This document shows, piece by piece, positions 55,246 to 64,000 of a stretch of DNA of 64,000 bases; the first letter of the stretch is position 1; every line of letters begins with the position of its first letter. The translations under genes and the position numbers were made by a program. The notes under the pieces are model-generated. The model was not told where the DNA came from and searched no databases. It saw only the letters and a list, made by a program, of their open reading frames with translations. This stretch comes from Candidatus Latescibacterota bacterium (GTDB taxonomy: Bacteria > Krumholzibacteriota > Krumholzibacteriia > LZORAL124-64-63). The stretch is taken from positions 10,971-74,970 of the forward strand of contig JAUSBL010000105.1 of NCBI GenBank assembly GCA_030658975.1, in the 5' to 3' direction.

Positions 55246-57249
55246 ATGACCCAACTGCCGGTCCTGCGCGACCTGGTGATCGTGCTGGCCGTTTCGCTGG
55301 CCGTCGTGTTCGCGCTGCGGCGCGCCGGCGTGCCGACGATCGCCGCCCTGCTGCTATCCGGCGTGGTGCTGGGCCCCGGCAGCCTGGGCCTCGTGCGCGA
55401 GCACGAGAGCATCGAGGTCGTGGCGGAGATCGGCGTGGCGATGCTGCTGTTCGGGATCGGCCTGAAGCTGTCGCTGCGCGAGCTGGCGCGCCTGCGCACC
55501 CTCATCCTCGGGGCGGGCGGGATGCAGGTCGGGCTGACCGTCCTGGCCGGCGTGATCGCAGCGTCCGCCTTCGGCTACCCGACCGGGCAGGCCGTGTTCT
55601 TCGGTTTCCTGCTCGCCCTGAGCTCGACGGCCATCGTGCTGAAGATGTTCGAGAACCGGAGCGAGACCGACGCGCCGCACGGGCGGCTGGGCCTGAGCGT
55701 GCTGGTCTTCCAGGACCTCGCGGTGGTGCCCATGATGCTGATGTTGCCCGTGCTCGGGCGCACCGAGGGGCTCTCGTGGGGGCGGGCGGGGGCCTCGCTG
55801 ACCTGGTCGATCGCCATGGTCGCGGCCATCGTCGTCTGCGCGCGTTTCCTGTTCCCGCGGATGCTGGAGCAGGTCGTGCGCGCCCGCAGCCGCGAACTGT
55901 TCGTGCTGGCCACGCTGCTGACGGTGCTCGGCACCGCCTGGCTCGGCAGCCTGGCGGGCCTGTCCCTGGCGCTGGGCGCGTTCCTGGCGGGCATCGTGGT
56001 GGCGGACTCGGAGTACGCCCAGCAGGTGCTGGCCGAGATCGTGCCGCTGCGAGACGCCTTCGGCAGCCTGTTCTTCGTCTCGGTCGGCATGCTGCTGGAC
56101 CCGGCGATCTGGCTGCGCGAGCCGCTGGCCACGCTCGGCCTGGGCGTGGCGGTGCTGGTCGTCAAGGCGCTGATCGTGACCGCCACGGCCCTCGCCTTCG
56201 GCTTCGGGGTGCGATCGGCGGTGCTGACCGGTCTGGCCCTGGCCCAGATCGGGGAGTTCTCGTTCATCCTGGCCGGCGCCGGGACGGCGCACGGCCTGAT
56301 CGGCGGCGAACTCATGCAGCGCTTCCTGGCCGTTTCGGTGCTGACGATGCTGCTGACGCCCTTCCTGGGGATGCTTTCGCCGCGCCTGGCGGAACGCACC
56401 GAGGGCGTGCCCTGGCTGCGGCGGCTGCTCGCGGTCCGGCCGTCCCGCGCCGCGAGCGACGCGGACGAGGAGCCGGCCGCGCTGCGGGACCACGTCGTGG
56501 TGGTCGGGCACGGGCTCAACGGCCACAACGTGGTGCGGGTCCTGCGCGAACGCGGCATCCCCTATGTGGTGCTGGAACTGAACCCGCACACCGTGCGCGA
56601 GGCGCGCGTGCGGGGTGAGCCGGCGCTCTACGGGGACGCCGCCAGCCCCGACGTGCTGGCCCACGCCGGGATCGCCCGGGCGCGGGTGCTCGTGGTGGCG
56701 ATCGCCGACCCGTCGGCGACGCGGCAGATCGTGGCGGTGGCGCGCAGCGCCGCGCCCGAGCTGAAGATCCTGGTGCGCACGCGGTACGTCAGCGAGGTCG
56801 ACGCGCTCTACCGGCTCGGCGCCGACGAGGTGGTGCCGGAGGAGTTCGAGACGTCGCTCGAACTGGCCGGCGCGGCCATGGCGGCTTTCGGGGTTCCCGG
56901 CCGCGCCATCGAACGGGACAAGGTGCGCATCCGGCAGGAACGGTACGCCTCGCTGGCGGCGGGCGGGCACGCGGCGCCGGCCGCCGCGCCCCTGGGAGCG
57001 TTGCTGACGGCGGCCGATCTGGAAGAGCTGACGCTCGGAGAGGCCTGCGCCGCCGCGGGACGGACCCTGCGCGACCTGGACCTGCGCGGGCGTTCGGGCG
57101 CCACCGTCGTGGCCGTCGCGCGCGGCGACGAGCTGACGGGCAACCCGCCGCCGGATCACGTCCTGCAAGCGGGGGACGTGCTCTGGGTTTGGGGTCAGCC
57201 GGAGCAGACGAAGGCGGCGCGGGAGCTGCTCCAAAGCCATATATGTTGA
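55246..57249 (+). CDS. CPA2-family monovalent cation:proton antiporter (KefB/KefC-like) with C-terminal RCK (TrkA_N/TrkA_C) domains
   Basis: Na_H exchanger membrane domain (approximately 12 TM). RCK motif VVVVGHGLNGHNVVRVLRERG. C-terminal TrkA_C. Confidence 0.88.
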   Translation: MTQLPVLRDLVIVLAVSLAVVFALRRAGVPTIAALLLSGVVLGPGSLGLVREHESIEVVAEIGVAMLLFGIGLKLSLRELARLRTLILGAGGMQVGLTVLAGVIAASAFGYPTGQAVFFGFLLALSSTAIVLKMFENRSETDAPHGRLGLSVLVFQDLAVVPMMLMLPVLGRTEGLSWGRAGASLTWSIAMVAAIVVCARFLFPRMLEQVVRARSRELFVLATLLTVLGTAWLGSLAGLSLALGAFLAGIVVADSEYAQQVLAEIVPLRDAFGSLFFVSVGMLLDPAIWLREPLATLGLGVAVLVVKALIVTATALAFGFGVRSAVLTGLALAQIGEFSFILAGAGTAHGLIGGELMQRFLAVSVLTMLLTPFLGMLSPRLAERTEGVPWLRRLLAVRPSRAASDADEEPAALRDHVVVVGHGLNGHNVVRVLRERGIPYVVLELNPHTVREARVRGEPALYGDAASPDVLAHAGIARARVLVVAIADPSATRQIVAVARSAAPELKILVRTRYVSEVDALYRLGADEVVPEEFETSLELAGAAMAAFGVPGRAIERDKVRIRQERYASLAAGGHAAPAAAPLGALLTAADLEELTLGEACAAAGRTLRDLDLRGRSGATVVAVARGDELTGNPPPDHVLQAGDVLWVWGQPEQTKAARELLQSHIC

Positions 57250-57295
57250 TATATGTATAAATATATAGATATATTTGGCTGTGACTACGGGGCTG
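57250..57295. promoter_or_regulatory. AT-rich island (about 90% AT over approximately 40 bp) with (TATA)n-like repeats, between the antiporter stop and the GNAT gene
   Basis: TATATGTATAAATATATAGATATATTT in an otherwise 70% GC context. Candidate promoter/UP element or architectural-protein binding site. Confidence 0.35.
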
Positions 57296-57323
57296 CGCAT
57301 GAAGATCATGACGGGAGCGGATC

Positions 57324-57911
57324 ATGCCGGAGACCATCAAGACCCGTGAACTGACCCCCTCGCTCTGGCCCCAGGTCGAGGAACTCTTCGGCGCCAAGGG
57401 CGCCTGCGGCGGCTGCTGGTGCCAGGCCTGGCGCATCGGCCCGGGCGAGAAGTGGGACGAGATCAAGGGCGACCCGGCCAGGGCGCGGCTGCGCACCGGC
57501 GTGGCGGACGGGAGCGTCCACGCCGTGCTGGCCTTCGACGGCGAGCGGCCGGTGGGCTGGTGCACCTTCGGGCCGCGCCTGTCGTTCCCGAAACTGGCCC
57601 GGGCCCGCACCCTGAAGTGCGACGACGCCGAGCGCGTCTGGTCGATCACCTGCTTCTTCATCGTGCGCGACCATCGCGGGCGGGGCGTGGCCACGGCGCT
57701 GCTCCACCACGCGCTGAAGGCGATGAAACGGCGCAAGGTGGCGATCGTCGAGGGGTACCCGTCGAAGCCGGACGCGGCGGGCAACTATGTGCCCACCTTC
57801 GCCTGGACCGGCACGCAGTCGCTGTTCCGCAAGGCGGGGTTCGAGGTGGTCGGCAACCCCGATGGGGGCAGGCAGCGGGTCCGCTTGATGATTGGTCGCG
57901 CAGATCCCTGA
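57324..57911 (+). CDS. GNAT family N-acetyltransferase
   Basis: GNAT core (VGWCTF...WSITCFFIVRDHRGRGVATALLHHAL...). Confidence 0.8.
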   Translation: MPETIKTRELTPSLWPQVEELFGAKGACGGCWCQAWRIGPGEKWDEIKGDPARARLRTGVADGSVHAVLAFDGERPVGWCTFGPRLSFPKLARARTLKCDDAERVWSITCFFIVRDHRGRGVATALLHHALKAMKRRKVAIVEGYPSKPDAAGNYVPTFAWTGTQSLFRKAGFEVVGNPDGGRQRVRLMIGRADP

Positions 57912-57966
57912 TATCAGGGACGAGCAGCACCGGACTACAAAATTGTGCGCCAGGGAGGCTGGAGCT

Positions 57967-58671
57967 ATGATCGAGCAATACCATTTTTCCGGCTTTCCGC
58001 CGGCCGCCGTCCGCTTCTTCGCGGACCTGGCGCGCCACAACGACCGCGACTGGTTCCTGGCGCACAAGCCCCTCTACCAGGAGGCCGTGCTCGACCCCGC
58101 GCGCGCCTTCGTCGTGGAGATGGGCGTGCGGTTGCGCCGTGTGGCGCCGCAGATCCAGTTCGACCCCCGCACCGACGGCTCGGGGTCGATCTTCCGCATC
58201 CACCGCGACGTGCGCTTCAGCAAGGACAAGTCCCCCTACAAGACGCACCTGGGCATCTTCTTCTGGGAGGGCCAGAAGAAGTGGGGACCCGGGTTCTACT
58301 TCCACCTCGAGCCGCCGCAGCTGCAGCTCTACGTCGGCAAGTACGTCTTCGACAAGGAGGAACGGGCGACCTGGCGGGCGGCGGTGGCCGATCCGGTGAG
58401 CGGCGCCGCGCTCGCCAGGCTGACGGCCAGGATCGAGCGCAAGGGGTACGAACTGGGCGGCCAGCACTACAAGCGCGTGCCGGCCGGGTTCGCGGCGGAC
58501 CACCCGCGGGCCGAACTGCTGAAGCACGACAGCGTCTGGCTGCGGCACGACGGGCCGGTGCCGGCGGAACTGCACTCGCGGGAGCTGCTCGATTACTGCC
58601 AGGGGCACTTCAGGGCCATGGCCCCGTTGCACGGGTGGCTGGCGGAGTACTACGCCGGGGACGGCGCGTGA
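57967..58671 (+). CDS. TIGR02453/DUF2461 family protein
   Basis: Signature FFADLARHNDRDWF...FRIHRDVRFSKDKSPYKTHLGIFF...YFHLEP. Confidence 0.8.
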   Translation: MIEQYHFSGFPPAAVRFFADLARHNDRDWFLAHKPLYQEAVLDPARAFVVEMGVRLRRVAPQIQFDPRTDGSGSIFRIHRDVRFSKDKSPYKTHLGIFFWEGQKKWGPGFYFHLEPPQLQLYVGKYVFDKEERATWRAAVADPVSGAALARLTARIERKGYELGGQHYKRVPAGFAADHPRAELLKHDSVWLRHDGPVPAELHSRELLDYCQGHFRAMAPLHGWLAEYYAGDGA

Positions 58672-58698
58672 TCCCGCCCGCAAGCACGAACTGGACGT

Positions 58699-60201
58699 TT
58701 GGTCCCTGTAAGACGATTGTGGGCATGGTGCACGAAGTCGCATTCTGAAGCCTGGAGGCCCCACCTGAACGAGAACCACGCTCCCCAGCCCGACGGAACC
58801 ACGGCCGAGATCCGCCAACGCGTCGTGCTGGTCGGCGCCGACCTGCCCGAGCACTACGGCACCGCCATCGGCGGCCCCGCCGACCTGCACGAGCTGGGTC
58901 TGCTGGTCGATACCGCCGGCGGGCTGGTCGTCGGGACCGTCCACCAGAAGCGGGAGAAGCCCGAAGCGCGCACCTTCATCGGCAAGGGCAAGCTCGAGGA
59001 GCTGCGCGCCGTGGTGGAGGCGACCGGGGCCAACCTCGTGGTCTTCGACAACGAGCTGTCGCCGGCCCAGGGGCGCAACCTCACCAAAGAGCTGAGCGGC
59101 AAGAAGGACAAAGAGGACAAGAAGAAGAAGTGGGAGGAGCCCGCGCCCGGGCCCGACGGCGCGCCGGTCAGGAAGACCCGGGTCCGCAGTGACGCCGACA
59201 AGAAGGGCGACATCTCGGTCATCGACCGCACCGAGCTGATCCTGGACATCTTCGCGATGCACGCCCGCACCCGGCAGGCCCGCCTGCAGGTCGAGATGGC
59301 GCAGCTGCAGTACCAGCTGCCGCGCCTGGTCAAGTTGTGGTCGCATCTGGAAAGGCAGGCCGGCGGCATCGGTACGCGCGGCCCCGGCGAGACCCAGCTC
59401 GAGACCGACCGCCGCCTGGTCAAGATGCGCATGGCCCACCTCAAGAAGGAGCTGATCGCGATCGACGAGGCGCGCGAGGTGCAGACGCGCCGCCGCCGCG
59501 AGCAGTTCGCGGTCTCGCTGGTCGGCTACACGAACGCCGGCAAGTCCACCCTCATGAACGGGATCACCGGGGCCGGCGTCCTGGTGGAGGACAAGCTCTT
59601 CGCCACGCTGGACGCCACGACCCGGCGCGTGGAGATCGACGAGCGGCGGCAGTTCCTGCTGTCGGACACCGTCGGCTTCATCCGGCGGCTGCCCCACCAC
59701 CTGGTCGAATCGTTCCGGGCCACGCTGCAGGAGGTGGCCGAGAGCGACCTGCTGCTGCACGTGGTCGACGCCTCGCACCCCGATCCCGAACACCCCATCG
59801 CCGCGGTGGACGAGGTGCTGGGCGAACTGGCGCCCGACGGGCTGCCGACCCTGATGATCTTCAACAAGATGGACCGCGTGCCGGCCGAGCTCTCCGAGAC
59901 GCTGCGCAACCAGTTCGGCCGGCGCTACGAGGGGGCCCTGTTCGTCTCCGCGCTGGATCCGGCCGGCTGCGCCGCCGTGCGCGAGGCCGTCGAGGCCCGC
60001 CTGCTGGCCGGCGAGCGCGTCGTGCGCCTGGAGGTGCCGTACACGCGGATGGATCTGGTCTCGGTCTTCCACCGCACCGGCTCGGTGCTCGAGGAGGAGC
60101 ACGGCGAGCATGGCGTGCGCCTGGCGGTGCGGCTGAAGGACGAGGAACTGAACCGCCTGCTGGGCCGCGACAGCGGCGTGAAGGTGATCGAAGGAAAGTG
60201 A
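58699..60201 (+). CDS. hflX: GTPase HflX with a Lys-rich insertion in the N-terminal domain. The start codon is uncertain (non-ATG).
   Basis: Collinear with E. coli HflX (VIDRTELILDIFAMHARTRQARLQVEMAQLQY, LERQAGGIGTRGPGETQLETDRR, G1 motif GYTNAGKST, DTVGFI, NKMD). No in-frame ATG upstream of the conserved N-terminus; candidate starts are TTG 58699, TTG 58717 or CTG at about 58767 after GGAGG. Confidence 0.85.
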   Translation: MVPVRRLWAWCTKSHSEAWRPHLNENHAPQPDGTTAEIRQRVVLVGADLPEHYGTAIGGPADLHELGLLVDTAGGLVVGTVHQKREKPEARTFIGKGKLEELRAVVEATGANLVVFDNELSPAQGRNLTKELSGKKDKEDKKKKWEEPAPGPDGAPVRKTRVRSDADKKGDISVIDRTELILDIFAMHARTRQARLQVEMAQLQYQLPRLVKLWSHLERQAGGIGTRGPGETQLETDRRLVKMRMAHLKKELIAIDEAREVQTRRRREQFAVSLVGYTNAGKSTLMNGITGAGVLVEDKLFATLDATTRRVEIDERRQFLLSDTVGFIRRLPHHLVESFRATLQEVAESDLLLHVVDASHPDPEHPIAAVDEVLGELAPDGLPTLMIFNKMDRVPAELSETLRNQFGRRYEGALFVSALDPAGCAAVREAVEARLLAGERVVRLEVPYTRMDLVSVFHRTGSVLEEEHGEHGVRLAVRLKDEELNRLLGRDSGVKVIEGK

Positions 60202-60205
60202 CCGG

Positions 60206-61366
60206 ATGACCACCGCCAACGACCTGCGCCGCCTCTTCCTGCTGCGCGACGACGTCGCCTTTTTGAACCACGGCTCCTTCGGGGCCTGCCCCCGGCCCGT
60301 CTTCGAGGTCTACCAGGCCCTGCAGCGGGAGCTCGAGGCCGAGCCGGTCGACTTCCTGGCCCGCGAGCGCACCCTGCCCGCCCGCCTGGCCGACGCGCGC
60401 GCCCGGCTGGCCGCCTTCGTGGGCGCCGACCGCGACGAGATCGTGTTCGTGCCCAACACCACCACCGGCCTGAACATCGTGGCCCGCTCCCTGGACCTGC
60501 ACCCCGGCGACGAGATCCTCACGACCGACCACGAGTACGGCGCCATGGACCGCACCTGGGCCTTCGTCTGCGGAAAGACCGGCGCGACGTACGTGCCGCG
60601 GGCGCTGCCGCTGCCGCTGGACGACCCGCAGGCGGTCGTCGAGGCGGTTTGGGGCGGGGTGACCGGACGCACGCGCGTGCTGTTCCTGAGCCACATCGCC
60701 TCGACCAGCGGCGTCCGGCTGCCGGTGGAGGAACTGGTCGCGCGGGCGCGCACGCGGGGCATCTTCACGATCGTCGACGGCGCCCACGGGCCCGGGCAGA
60801 TCGACCTGGACCTGCACGCGCTCGGGGCGGACGTCTACGTCGGCAACTGCCACAAGTGGCTGATGTCGCCCAAGGGGGCGGCGATGCTCTACGTGCGCGA
60901 GGACCGGCAGGACCTCATCGAGCCGCTGGCCGTGAGCTGGGGCTGGCACGACGACCAACCCGGCCCGAGCCGCTTCATCGACGAGCAGGAGTGGATCGGC
61001 ACGCGCGACGTGTCGGCCTACCTGGCGGTGCCGGCCGCGCTGGACTTCTTCGAAGAGCACGACTGGCGGCGGGTGCGGGCGCGCTGCCGTGAACTGCTGC
61101 TGGAGTCGCGCGCGCGCCTGCTGGAGGTCGTCCGCCTGCCGGCGCCCTGCCCCGCCGATCCCTGGCTGCTGCAGATGGCGGTCGTGCCGCTGCCGGCGGG
61201 CGTCGACGCGACGGCCCTGCACCTCACCCTGCGGCGCGACCACCTGATCGAGGTGCCGGTCACCCGCTTCGCGAACCGCGACTGGCTGCGCATCTCGATC
61301 AACGGCTACAACACGTCCGGGGACGTCGACCGGCTGGTGGCGGCGTTGCGGGCCGAACTGGGCTGA
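60206..61366 (+). CDS. Class V PLP aminotransferase (isopenicillin-N epimerase / cysteine desulfurase-like)
   Basis: Class V fold signatures (LNHGSFGAC, DGAHGPGQIDLDLHALGADVYVGNCHKWLMSPKGAAML, with the PLP Lys in CHKW). Confidence 0.8.
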   Translation: MTTANDLRRLFLLRDDVAFLNHGSFGACPRPVFEVYQALQRELEAEPVDFLARERTLPARLADARARLAAFVGADRDEIVFVPNTTTGLNIVARSLDLHPGDEILTTDHEYGAMDRTWAFVCGKTGATYVPRALPLPLDDPQAVVEAVWGGVTGRTRVLFLSHIASTSGVRLPVEELVARARTRGIFTIVDGAHGPGQIDLDLHALGADVYVGNCHKWLMSPKGAAMLYVREDRQDLIEPLAVSWGWHDDQPGPSRFIDEQEWIGTRDVSAYLAVPAALDFFEEHDWRRVRARCRELLLESRARLLEVVRLPAPCPADPWLLQMAVVPLPAGVDATALHLTLRRDHLIEVPVTRFANRDWLRISINGYNTSGDVDRLVAALRAELG

Positions 61367-61476
61367 TCGCGGCCAATCCGCGCTTGCCGCCGCCGTCCGG
61401 TGGCGGCTAACATCACCCGCGCCACACGCTCGACCCCCAAGCCGGGACGGATCCCGGCCGCGAAGGGACGGAACCG

Positions 61477-62685
61477 TTGAGACCCCTGTTCGCCAACCGC
61501 AGCTTCATGGCGGTCTGGGCCGCGTCGTTCGTCAGCGGCCTCGGCGACAAGATCGCGATCCTGGCGTTCTTCTCCCTCGTCTACCACCGCACCGGCAACG
61601 TGGCGAGCCTGGGCCTGCTGGCCGCCGTCCAGGTGCTGCCCGGCGTGCTGATCGGTCCCTTCGCGGGCGTCGTGGTCGACCGCTGGAGCCGCCGCGGACT
61701 GATGATCGCCAGCGACCTGTTCTCCGCGGTGGTGGTCTGCATCATCCCCTTCGTGCCCGAACTGTGGCAGGTCTACCTGCTGGCGTCCCTGCTGGCCGCC
61801 GGCCGCAACCTGGCCGGACCGGCGCGCATGGCCCTGCTGCCGGATCTCGTCCCGACCGAGCAGCTCGGCCATTCGAACGCCCTGTTCATGATCTCGCAGA
61901 ACGCGATGCTGCTGGTGGGCATGGCGGCGGGCGGGCTCATCGTCCACACGCTGGGGGTCGCGCCGGCGTTCCTGGTCGACGGGGCCACGTTCCTGATCTC
62001 GGCGGCGATCCTGGCGGCCCGACCCTTCCGCTACCTCACGGTCGAGCAGCACCCGTCACAGCCCGACGCCCTGGAGCGGCCCGCCGAGAAGTGGCACGAC
62101 ATCCGCCAGGGGGCGGTGTGGCTGTGGGGGCAGCCGTCCCTGCGCTTCGCGGTGATGTTCTTGGGGCTGGTGACGATGGTCACGGCCATGCAGCCGCCCC
62201 TGGTCTACGAGTTCGTCACGCGGATCCTCGGGCGCAGCGAGGGGGACCTGGGTCTGATCTTCGCCACCGCCGGATTGGGGGGCCTGCTGGGCGCCGCGGC
62301 TGGCGTGCTGACCCGCGGCGCGCGCCGGCCGCTGCGGGCGGTCGGGCTGCTGGTGGTGCTCGACGGCCTGCTGCTGGGCCTGTTCGCCATCAACCGCAGC
62401 TTCGCCGGGGCGCTGGTCCTGTTCGCGCTGTTCGGGGCGATCAGCACGGGGATCCAGATCAACCTCGCCACCTTCCTGCAGCGTGAAACGCCGCAGGAGC
62501 GCCGCGGCCGCATCTTCGGGTGGCTGGGACCGCTGCTGGGGCCGGTGACCCTGCTGTCGGTCCTGGTCGGTCCGACCCTGGCCTCCCTGTGGGGAGTCGG
62601 CCAGGTGCTGGTCGTCGCGGCGATCGCCGAGATCGTCTTCGGGCTGGCCGGCGCCCTGCGGGCTCCCGGGCCCGACCGGACCTGA
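61477..62685 (+). CDS. MFS transporter
   Basis: 12 predicted TM helices. MFS motif A-like (GVVVDRWSRRGLM). TTG start with an AAGGGA RBS; an alternative ATG start is at 61507. Confidence 0.75.
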   Translation: MRPLFANRSFMAVWAASFVSGLGDKIAILAFFSLVYHRTGNVASLGLLAAVQVLPGVLIGPFAGVVVDRWSRRGLMIASDLFSAVVVCIIPFVPELWQVYLLASLLAAGRNLAGPARMALLPDLVPTEQLGHSNALFMISQNAMLLVGMAAGGLIVHTLGVAPAFLVDGATFLISAAILAARPFRYLTVEQHPSQPDALERPAEKWHDIRQGAVWLWGQPSLRFAVMFLGLVTMVTAMQPPLVYEFVTRILGRSEGDLGLIFATAGLGGLLGAAAGVLTRGARRPLRAVGLLVVLDGLLLGLFAINRSFAGALVLFALFGAISTGIQINLATFLQRETPQERRGRIFGWLGPLLGPVTLLSVLVGPTLASLWGVGQVLVVAAIAEIVFGLAGALRAPGPDRT

Positions 62686-62835
62686 ACCGTTTCTCTCCCA
62701 ACCCATTGAAAATGCATACGACAACGGCCCTGTATCGGGAGCCGCCCCCCTTGATTTTTTAGCGGCGATAAGCGACGATTAGCGGGTCAGGACCGCCTCG
62801 AAGCCGTACCGTTCGTGGATACCGAGGAGGCACCC

Positions 62836-63909
62836 ATGGAGATCCGGATCACCCGTCATCCGAACCCGCCCACGCCCCCGCGCGGCGATTTCGGATTCGG
62901 CAGCATCTTCACCCCGCACATGTTCGAGATGCCGTACCGGGACGGAGCCTGGGGCAGGCCGGTCATCGTCCCCTACCACGACATCGTGCTCGATCCGGCG
63001 GCCAAGGTGCTCCACTACGGGCAGGAGATCTTCGAGGGGATGAAGGCCTACGCCAGTCCCGTGGACGGCTCGGTCCACATGTTCCGGCCGGACATGAACA
63101 TCGCCCGCTTCGGCCACTCCTGCGACCGGATGTGCATGCCGCGGGTCGACGCCGAACTGTTCATGGAGGCCCTCAAGCGGCTCATCGACCTGGACCGCGA
63201 CTGGGTGCCGAAGTCGCCCGACGCGCTCTACATCCGCCCGACGATGATCTCGACCCAGCGCGGCCTGGGCGTCAAGGCGAGCACCGAATACCTGTTCTAC
63301 ATCATCATCGGCCCGGTCGGCAGCTACTTCGCCGGCGGCAGCAAGCCGTTGCGGGTCAAGGCCGAGGACACCTACGTGCGCTCGGCGCCCGGCGGGGTCG
63401 GCGGGGCCAAGACCGGCGGCAACTACGGGGCCGCCCTGCTGCCCATCAAGCTCGCGCAGCAGGAGGGGTTCGACCAGATCGTCTGGCTGGACGCGCGCAC
63501 GATGTCGTCGGTCGAGGAGATGGGGGCGATGAACATCGCCTTCGTCTACGCCGACAGGGTCATCACCGCCGCCATCGGCGACACCATCCTGAACGGCGTG
63601 ACGCGCGACTCGGTCGGCGTCCTGTGCCGCGAATTCGGCCTGAACTGGACCGAGACGCCGCCGATGATCCGCGATCTCTGCGCCGACGCCGACAGCGGCA
63701 AGCTGCTGGAGGCCTTCGCCTGCGGCACCGCGGCCGTCGTCACCGCCATCGGCTCGCTCAGCTACGGGGGCAAGGACCACCGCATGGGCGACGGCCAGGA
63801 GGGACCCGTCACGCGCCGGTTGCGCGAGGCCCTGTGCGCGATTCACACCGGGACCAGCGACCTGCATCCCGAGTGGATCGAGAAGGTGCCCGTCTTCGTC
63901 CACGTCTGA
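62836..63909 (+). CDS. ilvE: Branched-chain amino acid aminotransferase (class IV PLP enzyme)
   Basis: GAGGAGG RBS. BCAT motifs (FTPHMF, EIFEGMKAY, PLP Lys in GGAKTGGNY, EAFACGTAAVVTAIG). Confidence 0.88.
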   Translation: MEIRITRHPNPPTPPRGDFGFGSIFTPHMFEMPYRDGAWGRPVIVPYHDIVLDPAAKVLHYGQEIFEGMKAYASPVDGSVHMFRPDMNIARFGHSCDRMCMPRVDAELFMEALKRLIDLDRDWVPKSPDALYIRPTMISTQRGLGVKASTEYLFYIIIGPVGSYFAGGSKPLRVKAEDTYVRSAPGGVGGAKTGGNYGAALLPIKLAQQEGFDQIVWLDARTMSSVEEMGAMNIAFVYADRVITAAIGDTILNGVTRDSVGVLCREFGLNWTETPPMIRDLCADADSGKLLEAFACGTAAVVTAIGSLSYGGKDHRMGDGQEGPVTRRLREALCAIHTGTSDLHPEWIEKVPVFVHV

Positions 63910-64000
63910 CCGCGTACGCGCCGATCGCGACGAAGGGGGCCCCGGCGGCGAGCCGGGGCCTCCTTCTTGCCCGGTGGCGCCGTTCGGCGATGGCGCCGGC

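Noticed and set aside
55354-57309. 651-aa minus-strand ORF antisense to the CPA2 antiporter
   Set aside because: Antisense to a 12-TM transporter with RCK domains. Gln/Arg/His-rich low complexity.
57658-60219. 853-aa minus-strand ORF antisense to GNAT/DUF2461/hflX
   Set aside because: Spans three well-supported sense genes. No motifs.
62686-62835. Possible attenuator/terminator upstream of ilvE (gggagccgccccccttgattttttagcggcg)
   Set aside because: The T-run is notable, but I could not draw a clean stem immediately 5' of it and there is no leader-peptide ORF rich in Ile/Leu/Val. Left as unassigned.
1-64000. CRISPR arrays, tRNA/rRNA genes, IS elements/transposases, integrases
   Set aside because: No regularly spaced direct repeats. 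No tRNA-like cloverleaf cores (for example GGTTCGAATCC) in intergenic regions. No transposase or integrase motifs (DDE, tyrosine recombinase) in any ORF. The pRiA4b ORF-3-like gene is the only mobile-element-associated family and has no flanking inverted repeats that I could see.

Overview
This is a very GC-rich (about 70%) bacterial chromosomal segment, gene-dense on both strands. The high GC content produces many long spurious ORFs in non-coding frames, so the supplied ORF track had to be filtered by protein-family signatures, signal peptides and RBS context. About 55 genes are supported. The content is a mix of housekeeping genes (recQ, hflX, ilvE, pcm, ggt, trkAH, an HU-like protein, a CPA2 antiporter, TerC, aminotransferases) and a large secreted-protein complement. 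At least seven proteins end in a T9SS-type C-terminal sorting domain (Por_Secre_tail / FlgD-Ig-like; ...NxPNPFNPxTxIxFxLP...GRxVRTL...GVYFYRL...RMxLVK): two LVIVD beta-propeller repeat proteins, a GH53 galactanase with an N-terminal carbohydrate-binding module, a soluble PQQ-type sugar dehydrogenase, an M23 peptidase, a 1508-aa HExxH protein and a hypothetical protein. Regulatory and accessory content includes two membrane-anchored Ser/Thr kinases with periplasmic TPR arrays, one in an operon with a kinase-associated ECF-type sigma factor; a stand-alone type III PKS; a nucleotidyltransferase gene pair; a pRiA4b ORF-3-like gene; and three outer-membrane beta-barrel proteins. The taxon is unknown; this combination occurs in FCB-group bacteria and related lineages, and some uncultivated lineages in that group have comparable GC content, but that is inference only. 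No rRNA, tRNA, CRISPR array or recognisable transposase was found. The observations most worth a second look are: (i) a short, previously unrecognised C-terminal motif (ANEAAxWGxVKxxYR) shared by three unrelated signal-peptide proteins; (ii) the ECF sigma / Ser-Thr kinase operon divergent from an Ala-rich secreted protein and the giant HExxH T9SS cargo; (iii) an approximately 114-bp duplicated CTD remnant; and (iv) several AT-rich islands and structured non-coding regions in this high-GC background.
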